From: Ascidiella aspersa
Lineage: Eukaryota
Reading direction: 5' to 3'
Assembly (NCBI GenBank): GCA_963924565.1
Contig: OZ004608.1
Location: forward strand, 1,178,001 to 1,242,000
DNA length: 64,000 nucleotides
The notes below the pieces were generated by a model that did not search any database, was not told where the DNA came from, and was given only the letters and a program-made list of their open reading frames with translations. Positions 49,701 through 61,700 of the stretch are shown here, piece after piece (within the stretch, counting starts at the first letter, position 1; the number at the start of each line of letters is the position of its first letter). Position numbers and translations under genes: made by a program.

Positions 49701-52700
49701 GACGTCTAACATAACCACAGGCACATGCTCGCAAAGACGTGTGTGACTGATGCAAAACAATAATAACTGGAGGTTTGCGCTTCAAAGTACGCTGGGTGTA
49801 AAAGCGTGCTATGAGGAGTAATGTGGCATAAAGCCCAAATCTCGATTGAGCCCGACATTGATGGCATCAAACTTTTTGATTATGTTTTGTTCGACTGTGA
49901 GCCTCGCTCGTGTGCCATTCCTTATTTTGTTGATCAATTTAATTTGAAAGTCTTTTATACTTTGTTCATAAGCACTTTTATCGAACTGCAAAAACAATGG
50001 AATTTAATACTCTTAAATCATGTTACATTATGTCAAGATCACCAACAGATGATTCCTAAGTATTATAGACCAGCAAACATTGCATCTAAAGCAATTTAAC
50101 GCACTTTATCAATATTATACGATGCTAATAGATGGAATTTACCGTTGTGACAAGCTTAAGTTGGATGGTGACCCTATATTACCGTGTTTCAGGCTCGAGC
50201 CAGTATGTTGGCTGGATGCAGGACTTCCGTTGGTACGACAAGGTTCTAACAAACCGTGAGATACAAGAAGTAGCTACCGGTACTTTCCCCCATATCAACA
50301 TTGTGTCAAGGTGCTTGTGTCCAGCTGGATTCCCAAGGGTTCATCCAATAGAAGAAAGGTTTGTTGCTGAGCGCCAACTAACAGTTTGTGTTATTTAAAT
50401 AATATTTTTGTTATTTGTTTTTTAAACTTCTTATAAACTTGCGTTTCACAACGAATTGATTTTCCGACCATTGACATTAAATTTCCTAAATGCCACGATT
50501 TAAAACTTGTACTGTCCTGTAACGCTTTTAATACATAATTTAAAACGTTTACTTACGCCTTTTACCCAGTAGTTGTTTTGACCTTGAAACAGCCATCTGT
50601 AACCTTCAACCAGTGGCTTTTGAATTTGAAACAGTAACTTGTGCCCTTGCCTCTCTTTAGATTTTGTATTCCCAACGGCGTTCCTGACACGGATACGTCA
50701 CAACGTGAATTACGTCTCGACATCGACGCACATCCGCTTGATTACATCACCGATGATGACGCAAGCACCACGTGGATTTCGTCATCGGATATTTACATGC
50801 CAGGAGGCCTCACGATCACAATCGACCTTGAGAACGGGGAATACCAGGTGAGACATTCAGTAGCTCAGCAAAACTTGATGTTTCTGTGCTGATAGGAACT
50901 TTTGTCGAAGCAGGTTGATAGTTTAATGAAGTCAACTATAATAGAATAACAGTCAAATATACTAGAATAAAAAGTTTAGCTTTTATTAACCCAGATATTC
51001 TATGTGGTGATGCACTTCTACAGCTTAAACCATATCGTTATTTTTTCTGCCTTGCTGATATATTTATCGACGTCCTTAATGCGTTCTTTGCCTCAGATCT
51101 TCTACGTGGTGATGCACTTCTACAGCCCACAACCGAAGATGATCACCATCAGTCGGATGTCAAACTCGACCGGGGGAGACATGGAGGTCTGGGGATACTT
51201 TGCAGACGACTGTGACATCCGCTTCTCACTGGAGAACAATGTTCCTCTCTACACTTCAACCTCCATCGGATGCCAGCAGTTTCCTCCGTAAGTAAAACTT
51301 AATATTACATAAGTTTTAGACCATATTTAACCAAAAAACTTGGGATGCACTGCATAATTTGCCTTTATATGATTTATTGGTTTACGTCTGCTTTAGATAA
51401 AGACAAGCGCTACCTTAGGAATACCTAGCTTGTCTTATTTTAAAAGCTTTTCTTTCCTTGGTTATATATTATGTTATTTCCAGATATAACGTTCCACATG
51501 GTCATAGCTTGTGTCATTTCAAGACCCGGTCTATCACTTGGTCATACCTTGTGTTATTCACAGAATGGACGAGATCTTGTACCGGAACAGCACGGTGAGG
51601 TTCACTTTGCTGCAGAAGGATCCAACTCCAAGACCTGGTCACCACGATTTTTACGGAACTCCTGAACTTATGGACTTTGTTGAGGCGACAAAGGTTTGGC
51701 AGATTCGACGTTATTTGGTTCATTTATCATGGAGCAAATACAGGGTTTCTTAGTATTTCGGAGCCGACCTTTTTAGAGCGACTTTTCTAACGAATGTAAT
51801 TGCTAAAATCTTGTGGGAAATAGGTTGTTAAACTAATTGATTTATGTAAAAATTAAAATATGTTTTCATTGTTGGTTGTTTTACATTACTGCAGCACTTG
51901 TAGCTCCAGGGCGCTCGGCAGAACTTACAGAAATTGATAAATTTCCAACTGTTTTGTAGATATGAGCTTATTAAGCGATTTTAACGAAGCGATCATTTTA
52001 CTCAGGTCCAAGTTCGCTTCCAATACCAATACTTCACACAAGCGCCCGAAGTTCATGTTCAACATCAATATTACGGACTTACTGGGATCCAAGTCGTCGG
52101 GAAGTAAGACGACTTTATGTTACGACTGGACAGTCCTCAGCCGGTCAGCTAAGCATTATAATTAACAAAATCCCAAACAATAACCTTTAAAAATGAACAC
52201 GACACTAGTGTCTGACGATTCACCACTTTGCACCGGGTTTGACTTCGATTCGGTATTATCGGACATCATAAGTTAAATTAATAATTAATGAAAACGAAAA
52301 TAAAAGCTAAATCTAAGCGTTTATTATTTTTGTGGCCCGACATTGACTTTAAACCTGTTGTTATTATCCTAGATGCAACTGCCACGGTCATGCTAAAACA
52401 TGCGACATCGATGCTAAACCCTACAAATGCAACTGCCTTGAAAGCAGCTTCACTGAGGGGAACATGGTGAGTGGATCAAAACTAAGCTCGAACTGTTCAT
52501 CAACCTATTAAAAATCGCTTTATAGCCGTAGAGAAGCCAAACAAATATTAAAGTCTTATGTTTTTGTCTGAGCTAACGTTTATGTCAACTTCTGTGATAT
52601 AATAACAGGTAGAAAGTAGAAAATGGAAGATAAATATTTGTGAAAATACTAAAATAGACCAAATGGTAACGACAGCGTGGGACGAATGATGACGTTTATA

Positions 52701-55700
52701 ACATAGGTCAAGATTGTTTACAGAGACCTATCGTTTAAATTCAGATTTAGAATAGTTTTGTGTTGTGCTTAAGTTGCCCACTTATATTTCAGTGCGAGCG
52801 CTGCATGCCTCTGTACAACAACAAGCCTTACCACCAAGGTGACAACACCTCGCCGTACAAGTGCCAGAAGTGCAACTGCCACGGGCATGCTGACAGTTGC
52901 CACTACCAACCTGCCATTGACACCCACCCTGGCGATTATACACAGGGAGGAGGCGGGGTTTGCGACAACTGTAAGCATCACACAACAGGTTGGTGTACAT
53001 ATGAACACCTAAGGTGCTCCTATATTATCAACTGTAGGCATCACACAACAGGTGAGCTCAATATTTGTAACGACAGGAGGTGGTCGAGTTTTTACCTTAC
53101 CTACTGAGATGTGGTGATCTCCAACTTTAACCTGAAGTAACCCCACTTATTGGGTTGTCATTTTAACCTACGATGACCATTTGACATAAAGTAACCCCAC
53201 CCATTGACATGTAATTTTAACCTACGCTTACCTTTTGACCTATAGTAACCCCTACCTTTCCAGGGCTCCACTGCGAGGAATGTACAGAGTTGTTCTTCCG
53301 TGAACCCGACAAGGATTTAAACGCCCGAGATCTTTGCAAACCTTGCGCTTGTAGAAAGGCTGGAACGGTCAATGGAACAAGCTTGTGTGAACAGGTGACG
53401 CATTGTAATTCACACGACATAACGGTAATTGACTCACAACAATAGTAACTTCAGTGTTACCATTAAACCAAATGATGATATATTTAAATATCATAATGAT
53501 AATCAAAGCACCACAATTGAAACTAATGCATTGGCGATCGAATAATTTTCGCAAAAGTTCTCAAAATATTTATATCTTGTTGTTTATTACGTCATTTTCA
53601 TAACTAATTACGTCATTCCACCAGATCGGAGGTCAGTGCTTGTGCAAGCCGAAAGTGACGTCGCGCAGATGCAACGTGTGCGTCGATGGATTCTACAAAC
53701 TTCAAATGGAAAACCTGGACGGATGCGAGGAATGCGAATGTTTCCAAGCTGGGACCGTTAACAGGAGCTTCACTTGTGACCAGGTGAAGTTGCCCCTTTA
53801 GCTTGTGACCAAGTGAGACAACCTCTTTAGCTTGTGACCAAGTGAGACAACCTCTTTACCTTGTTACCAAGTGAGACAACCTCTTTAGCTTGTGACCAAG
53901 TGTGACAACCTCTTTAGCTTGTAACCAAGTGAAACATCCTCTTTAGCTTGTAACCAAGTGAGACAACCTCTTTAGCTTGTGACCAAGTGAGATTGTCCCA
54001 TTAGCTTGTGACCAAGTGAGACAACCTCTTTAGCTTGTGACCAAGTGAGATTGCCTCTTTAGCTTGTGACCAAGTGAGACAACCTCTTTAGCTTGTAACC
54101 AAGTGAAACATCCTCTTTAGCTTGTAACCAAGTGAGACAACCTCTTTAGCTTGTGATCAAGTGAGATTGCCTCTTTAGCTTGTGACCAAGTGAGACAACC
54201 TCTTTAGCTTGTGACCAAGTGAGACAACCTCTTTAGCTTGTGACCAAGTGTGACAACCTCTTTAGCTTGTAACCAAGTGAAACATCCTCTTTAGCTTGTA
54301 ACCAAGTGAGACAACCTCTTTAGCTTGTGACCAAGTGAGATTGTCCCATTAGCTTGTGACCAAGTGAGATAACCTCTTTAGCTTGTGACCAAGTGAGATT
54401 GCCTCTTTAGCTTGTGACCAAGTGAGATAACCTCTTTAGCTTGTGACCAAGTGAGACAACCTCTTTAGCTTGTAACCAGGTGAGACAACCTCTTTAGCTT
54501 GTGACCAAGTGAGACAACTTCTTTAGCTTGTGACCAAGTGAGACAACCTCTTTAGCTTGTGACCAAGTGAAACAACCTCTTTAGCTTGTGACCAAGTGAG
54601 ACAACCTCTTTAGCTTGTAACCAAGTGAGACAACCTCTTTAGCTTGTAACCAAGTGAGACAACCTCTTTAGCTTGTGACCAAGTGAGATTGCCCTTTAAG
54701 CTTGTGACCAAGTGAGATAACCTCTTTAGCTTGTAACCAAGTGAGACAACCTCTTTAGCTTGTAACCAAGTGAGATTGCCCTTTAAGCTTGTGACCAAGT
54801 GAGATAACCTCTTTAGCTTGTAACCAAGTGAGACAACCTCTTTAGCTTGTAACCAAGTGAAACAACCTCTTTAGCTTGTGACCAAGTGAGATAACCTCTT
54901 TAGCTTGTGACCAAGTGAGACAACCTCTTTAGCTTGTGACCAAGTGAGACAACCTCTTCAGCTTGTAACCAAGTGAGACAACCTCTTTAGCTTGTGACCA
55001 AGTGAAACAACCTCTTTAGCTTGTGACCAAGTGAGACAACCTCTTTAGCTTGTAACCAAGTGAAACAACCTCTTTAGCTTGTAACCAAGTGAGATAACCT
55101 CTTTAGCTTGTAACCAAGTGAGACAACCTCTTTAGCTTGTAACCAAGTGAAACAACCTCTTTAGCTTGTGACCAAGTGAGATAACCTCTTTAGCTTGTGA
55201 CCAAGTGAGACAACCTCTTTAGCTTGTGACCAAGTGAGACAACCTCTTCAGCTTGTAACCAAGTGAGACAACCTCTTTAGCTTGTGACCAAGTGAAACAA
55301 CCTCTTTAGCTTGTAACCAAGTGAGACAACCTCTTTAGCTTGTGACCAAGTGAGACAACCTCTTTAGCTTGTGACCAAGTGAGATAACCTCTTTAGCTTG
55401 TGACCAAGTGAGACAACCTCTTTAGCTTGTGACCAAGTGAGACAACCTCTTTAGCTTGTGACCAAGTGAGATTGCCCTTTAAGCTTGTGACCAAGTGAGA
55501 TAACCTCTTTAGCTTGTAACCAAGTGAGACAACCTCTTTAGCTTGTGGCCAAGTGAGACAACCTCTTTAGCTTGTGACCAAGTGAGATTGCCTCTTTAGC
55601 TTGTGACCAAGTGAGATAACCTCTTTAGCTTGTGACCAAGTGAGATTGCCTCTTTAGCTTGTAACCAAATGAGACAACCTCTTTAGCTTGTAACCAAGTG

Positions 55701-58700
55701 AGACAACCTCTTTAGCTTGTGACCAAGTGAGATTGCCCCTTTAGCTTGTGACCAAGTGAGATAACCTCTTTAGCTTGTGACCAAGTGAGACAACCGCTTT
55801 AGCTTGTGACCAAGTATACAACCTCTTTAGCTTGTAACCAAGTGAGACAACCTCTTTAGCTTGTGACCAAGTGAGATTGCCCCTTTAGCTTGTGACCAAG
55901 TGAGATAACCTCTTTAGCTTGTAACCAAGTGAGACAACCTCTTTAGCTTGTGACCAAGTGAGATTGCCCCTTTAGCTTGTGACCAAGTGAGATAACCTCT
56001 TTAGCTTGTGACCAAGTGAGACAACCTCTTTAGCTTGTGACCAAGTGAGACAACCTCTTTAGATTGTAACCAAGTGAGACAACCTCTTTAGCTTGTGACC
56101 AAGTGAGATTGCCCCTTTAGCTTGTGACCAAGTGAGATAACCTCTTTAGCTTGTCACCAAGTGAGATAACCTCTTTAGCTTGTGACCAAGTGAGACAACC
56201 TCTTTAGCTTGTAACCAGGTGAGACAACCTCTTTAGCTTCTAACCAAGTGAAACAACCTCTTTAGCTTCTAACCAAGTGAGATTGCCCCTTTAGCTTGTG
56301 ACCAAGTGAGATAACCTCTTTAGCTTGTGACCAAGTGAGATTGCCTCTTTAGCTTGTGACCAAGTGAGACAACCTCTTTAGCTTGTGACCAAGTGAGACA
56401 ACCTCTTTAGCTTTTGACCAAGTCAGACAACCCCTTTAGCTTGTGACCAAGTGAGACAACCTCTTTAGCTTGTGACCAAGTGAGATAACCTCTTTAGCTT
56501 GTGACCAAGTGAGACAACCTCTTTAGCTTGTGACCAAGTGAGACAACCTCTTTAGCTTGTGACCAAGTGAGATTGCCCTTTAAGCTTGTGACCAAGTGAG
56601 ATAACCTCTTTAGCTTGTAACCAAGTGAGACAACCTCTTTAGCTTGTGGCCAAGTGAGACAACCTCTTTAGCTTGTGACCAAGTGAGATTGCCTCTTTAG
56701 CTTGTGACCAAGTGAGATAACCTCTTTAGCTTGTGACCAAGTGAGATTGCCTCTTTAGCTTGTAACCAAATGAGACAACCTCTTTAGCTTGTAACCAAGT
56801 GAGACAACCTCTTTAGCTTGTGACCAAGTGAGATTGCCCCTTTAGCTTGTGACCAAGTGAGATAACCTCTTTAGCTTGTGACCAAGTGAGACAACCGCTT
56901 TAGCTTGTGACCAAGTATACAACCTCTTTAGCTTGTAACCAAGTGAGACAACCTCTTTAGCTTGTGACCAAGTGAGATTGCCCCTTTAGCTTGTGACCAA
57001 GTGAGATAACCTCTTTAGCTTGTAACCAAGTGAGACAACCTCTTTAGCTTGTGACCAAGTGAGATTGCCCCTTTAGCTTGTGACCAAGTGAGATAACCTC
57101 TTTAGCTTGTGACCAAGTGAGACAACCTCTTTAGCTTGTGACCAAGTGAGACAACCTCTTTAGATTGTAACCAAGTGAGACAACCTCTTTAGCTTGTGAC
57201 CAAGTGAGATTGCCCCTTTAGCTTGTGACCAAGTGAGATAACCTCTTTAGCTTGTCACCAAGTGAGATAACCTCTTTAGCTTGTGACCAAGTGAGACAAC
57301 CTCTTTAGCTTGTAACCAGGTGAGACAACCTCTTTAGCTTCTAACCAAGTGAAACAACCTCTTTAGCTTCTAACCAAGTGAGATTGCCCCTTTAGCTTGT
57401 GACCAAGTGAGATAACCTCTTTAGCTTGTGACCAAGTGAGATTGCCTCTTTAGCTTGTGACCAAGTGAGACAACCTCTTTAGCTTGTGACCAAGTGAGAC
57501 AACCTCTTTAGCTTTTGACCAAGTCAGACAACCCCTTTAGCTTGTGACCAAGTGAGACAACCTCTTTAGCTTGTAACCAGGTGAGACAACCTCTTTAGCT
57601 TGTAACCAAGTGAGACAACCTCTTTAGCTTGTGACCAAGTGAGACAACCTCTTTAGCTTGTGACCAAGTGAGATTGTCTCTTAAGCTTGTGACCAAGTGA
57701 GACAACCTCTTTAGCTTGTGACCAAGTGAGACAACCTCTTTAGCTTGTGACCAAGTGAGACAACCTCTTTAGCTTGTGACCAAGTGAGATAACCTCTTTA
57801 GCTTGTGACCAAGTGAGATTGCCCCTTTAGCTTGTGACCAAGTGAGACAACCTCTTTAGCTTGTGACCAAGTGAGACAACCTCTTTAGCTTGTGACCAAG
57901 TGAGACAACCTCTTTAGCTTGTGACCAAGTGAGATAACCTCTTTAGCTTGTGACCAAGTGAGATTGCCTCTTTAGCTTGTGACCAAGTGAGATTGCCTCT
58001 TAAGCTTGTGACTACAAACTAAAACCAGCGTTTTTCAACCTGTGCACCATAAAATGTTTTTTGGTGTAACGATGGCAACGGAAAATGTATTTAAAAACAT
58101 AAATATACTCGCTTCGCTTGCTTGCCCGATGCCCAGACATAAAAAAGGTTTTGAAACACTGAACTAACATGCAACTTTAAAAGTTTTGCATCTAAACTTT
58201 GTTACCCGCAGCGAACAGGAAAGTGCGATTGTCGAGGAAATGTTCGCGGCCGGAAGTGCTCCGATTGTCTCTTTGGGTTCAAGAACTTGACCGATAGTAA
58301 CCCCGATGGTTGCGAGGAGTGCAACTGCAACAGGACGGGGTCAGTGAACCAGTTCTGCAACCCACACAACGGGCAGTGCGTCTGCAAGAACAATGTGCAG
58401 GGTGAGTCTACCAACGTTATATGGGGAAGTCCCTGGTTGGGTGGGTATAAACGTTTTCTTAAACCTGATTAAATAATATTGGAAAATCAATAAAGCCAAC
58501 AATAAATCACAATTAGATTTCATTGAAACATGCATGACGCATTTAAAACAAAATTAACGTCATGGGTCGCCGATTTGTAAAAAATATTCAAAGAAAGTGA
58601 TTTTTTTATTCAAAGAAAGTGATTAACAGCACATTTTAAATCAATCAATAACTATACATTGATTACAATACTGTAGCAATTCTAAGAACGTTTTGAATTT

Positions 58701-61700
58701 TAGACGTTTTGTATTTTAAACAACTATACTTGGTGTTTTAAATCCGCGTGTTTGAACATGTGGCCGCCAAAAGCACAACTTTTGTTTCCTTCAGGAATAT
58801 TTTGCGACGAGTGCCAGGACGGGTTTTGGGGACTTTCTCTCGCCGGATGTCGTCCTTGCGGATGTGACGTTGCCGGAAGTGAGTCACGCACCGTTTGCGA
58901 CAAGGTCACGGGTCAGTGCGTTTGCAAGGCGCACACTCAAGGACGAACTTGCAACGAATGTGTCGATGAGTTTTACAACTTGGACGCGAACAACAGGATG
59001 GTTAGTTGGTTGGAATGCTCTATGTGGGAAGCAAGTTACAACATTCAATTGTCAAACTTTCAATGTTTTTTTTAGTTTTTACACACGTTTTCTTTTGTGT
59101 AGTTCAGTGGTCACTCTTTAGAACCTAAGGGCTGTAGAGTACTAAGAACAACCTGTTAAAACAGTCTTCTGAAATAACTTATCTGCTCCGCTTGCTTTTA
59201 GTTGATTGATTATTTATAATACTCACCTATGTGAAGACACTGACTATTTTTACAACTGAGGTGCTTTAATTAATAAATTATATTTTAAATGGAAAACATT
59301 TTTATTCTTTTTCTGATGAGCCTTGCTGTGAACAAACCTCCAACGTTGCAGTTTTACTCCGCCATTGTTTAGCATGTGTGACGTAACACAGGGTTGCGAG
59401 TCGTGCACGTGTGACGATCGAGGAACTGTGAATGGGTCGCTGGTGTGCGACAAGGTTCAAGGTCAATGCAGCTGCAAGGTCAACGTCAAGGGCAGGGTTT
59501 GCAACTTGTGCCGGGGAAACACATTCGGGTTAAAGTTCAACCTGGGGTCAGGATGTGAACCCTGCAACTGTGACCCCAAAGGTCAGTGAACTCAAATAAA
59601 CACAAACATGAATACATTAACTTAAAGGAATAAGTTGTATTTGACCAATGGTAAAGTTGTGGACCCCAAAACTATGACCCAAAGATGAATTGTTGTGATG
59701 TCAACGTTTTCACTTGTATAAACTAACAAGTTGCAATACAATATCCGGTGCTAATGAACCTGATATTTATCACCTTAGAATTATATTTTTAAAGCAATTT
59801 ACAAACGACCGATGTTGTATTAAAGTTTGGAGAGCTGTTTTGGCTCCACATTTTTTTACCAAAGTTGAGTTTGCGAAGAAATGCCGACTTCGGGTCGGCA
59901 GCGATACCTTAGTATCGGACGGTAAGCGATACAACCATCTTAATCCCCTAATAGCATCCTTCACTCCTTAATACAACTGTACACCCCCTAATATCACCCT
60001 ACATCCCCAGGAACGGCGTTGGGCGACCAGCTGTCCCCCCATGAGCTTGTGTGCGATTCCAACAGTGGTCAGTGCGCGTGTTTGGCGAGCAGAGAAGGAA
60101 GAAGGTGCGACCAGTGCTCGCCCGGTAAGCTCAAGGCAATATATTTTACTATCTCCCTTGTATTTTTATATTGATATGCGATATTTGTTGTTTCGGCACT
60201 CGCCCGAGAAGAATATTTAAACGCAACCATGGTAAAAATGAAAACACATGCTTCAAAACTTTATGCGAGTCTAAGTTTTATGTCAGGATCCACGGCAAAT
60301 CCATATTTACAAGCCAAGAATGTTCCAAAAGCTTAAATGTCTATTAAACAAGAACTTCGTTCGATCAAGATTATTTCTTATTCATTAAAGTCGATTATAT
60401 CCCTACATTTCCTCCCAGGCTTCTACCTCCCATCGAAGAACGAAACGGGATGTCTGGTGTGCGACTGCCACCCAGTGGGGAGCACGAGTCCTGTTTGTAA
60501 CAATGAGACCGGGATGTGTCCTTGCAAACCACACGATACTGGGGCAGGTATGATGTACATAGCTGTAATACTTCGTTAATAGATGTGCCCTTGCACAGGG
60601 GCAGGTAAAACTTGTTTTAATAAAAAGTAGTTGATTTTATTTCTTCACAGTTATTTGTTAATGAGAACTAACTACATGTGTAGCTCTGAGTTTCATTATG
60701 GTAAAATTAACTACTTTAATTATTTAATGGCTCAAGAACGTTAAGTAAATACCAACATTTTTGGCGAAGGTTTAATTTACAAGGATTCCAGTTTAATTAT
60801 AAATTTGTCCTATTATGTTGGTTAAAACACAATATATTAAACCCTCAGGTACTCAATTTAAAGAGAATAAATTTAAAATTACGAGGTACCTGAAGGTCAC
60901 TTAAACACCGCCAAGGTCAGTATCGTTTCGCTCTACGGATCACATGACGCCACTTCCTGCAGGTTTGACCGGAAGGAGGTGCGACCAGTGTGACGTCACA
61001 TTCTGGAACTTCCACTCTTTGTTCGGATCGTGCGAATCTTGTGGATGTGACGTAGCCGGAAGTGAAAACGACGAGTGCAACGTCATCACAGGTACCAGAT
61101 GACGTAATTGTTTCGTAATTTCCGCCTTTTGCAAAAAATATAGATGTAATAAAATTGATTCAACCTCGCGCTTGAGTATTTATCAGTGTTTTCAAGTTTA
61201 TTGCAAAATCCAATGGATTGCTTAATTTAAATATTATTCGAATAGAATCACAAATTAATACAAATTATTAATGGTATAAAGCATCAGTGTAAATTAATCA
61301 TCATCCCTAGAAAGGTAACTTCTACCACGACAAGGCAACTGAAGTAAGGTCAATTACAATGTCAATAAACCACCTTCTTTGACATAGATTATAATTTATT
61401 CTTATAGTACTTAATGTAATGCGCAAATATCCAGGTCAGTGCAGTTGCAAGGGGAATGTTGTTGGAAAGCAGTGTGACTCGTGCCGACCCGGATCAAGCC
61501 AACTGAGCGCCTCCAACCCGATGGGTTGTTATTCTCACCCCGAGCAACAAGCTGCCCCCTCAGAAGTAAGTGGGAACACAAACACTAGTGGTGTATTGAG
61601 AATCTACACCCGGGAAGTTCTTCGCATTTCTTTTATCTTTCTTGGTTTGCTTTTATCATTTTTATTTCTCAAACGGCTAAACTCAGGTCAACTTTTCCCC

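Noticed and set aside
53770-58012. CRISPR-like appearance of the 29-bp and 34-bp arrays
   Set aside because: Units are head-to-tail with no unique spacers, there are no cas genes, and the context is a eukaryotic intron.
58212-61565. Separate laminin or netrin gene for the Cys-rich exons
   Set aside because: The exons join in phase to upstream usherin-specific motifs and downstream FN3 repeats, giving the usherin architecture.
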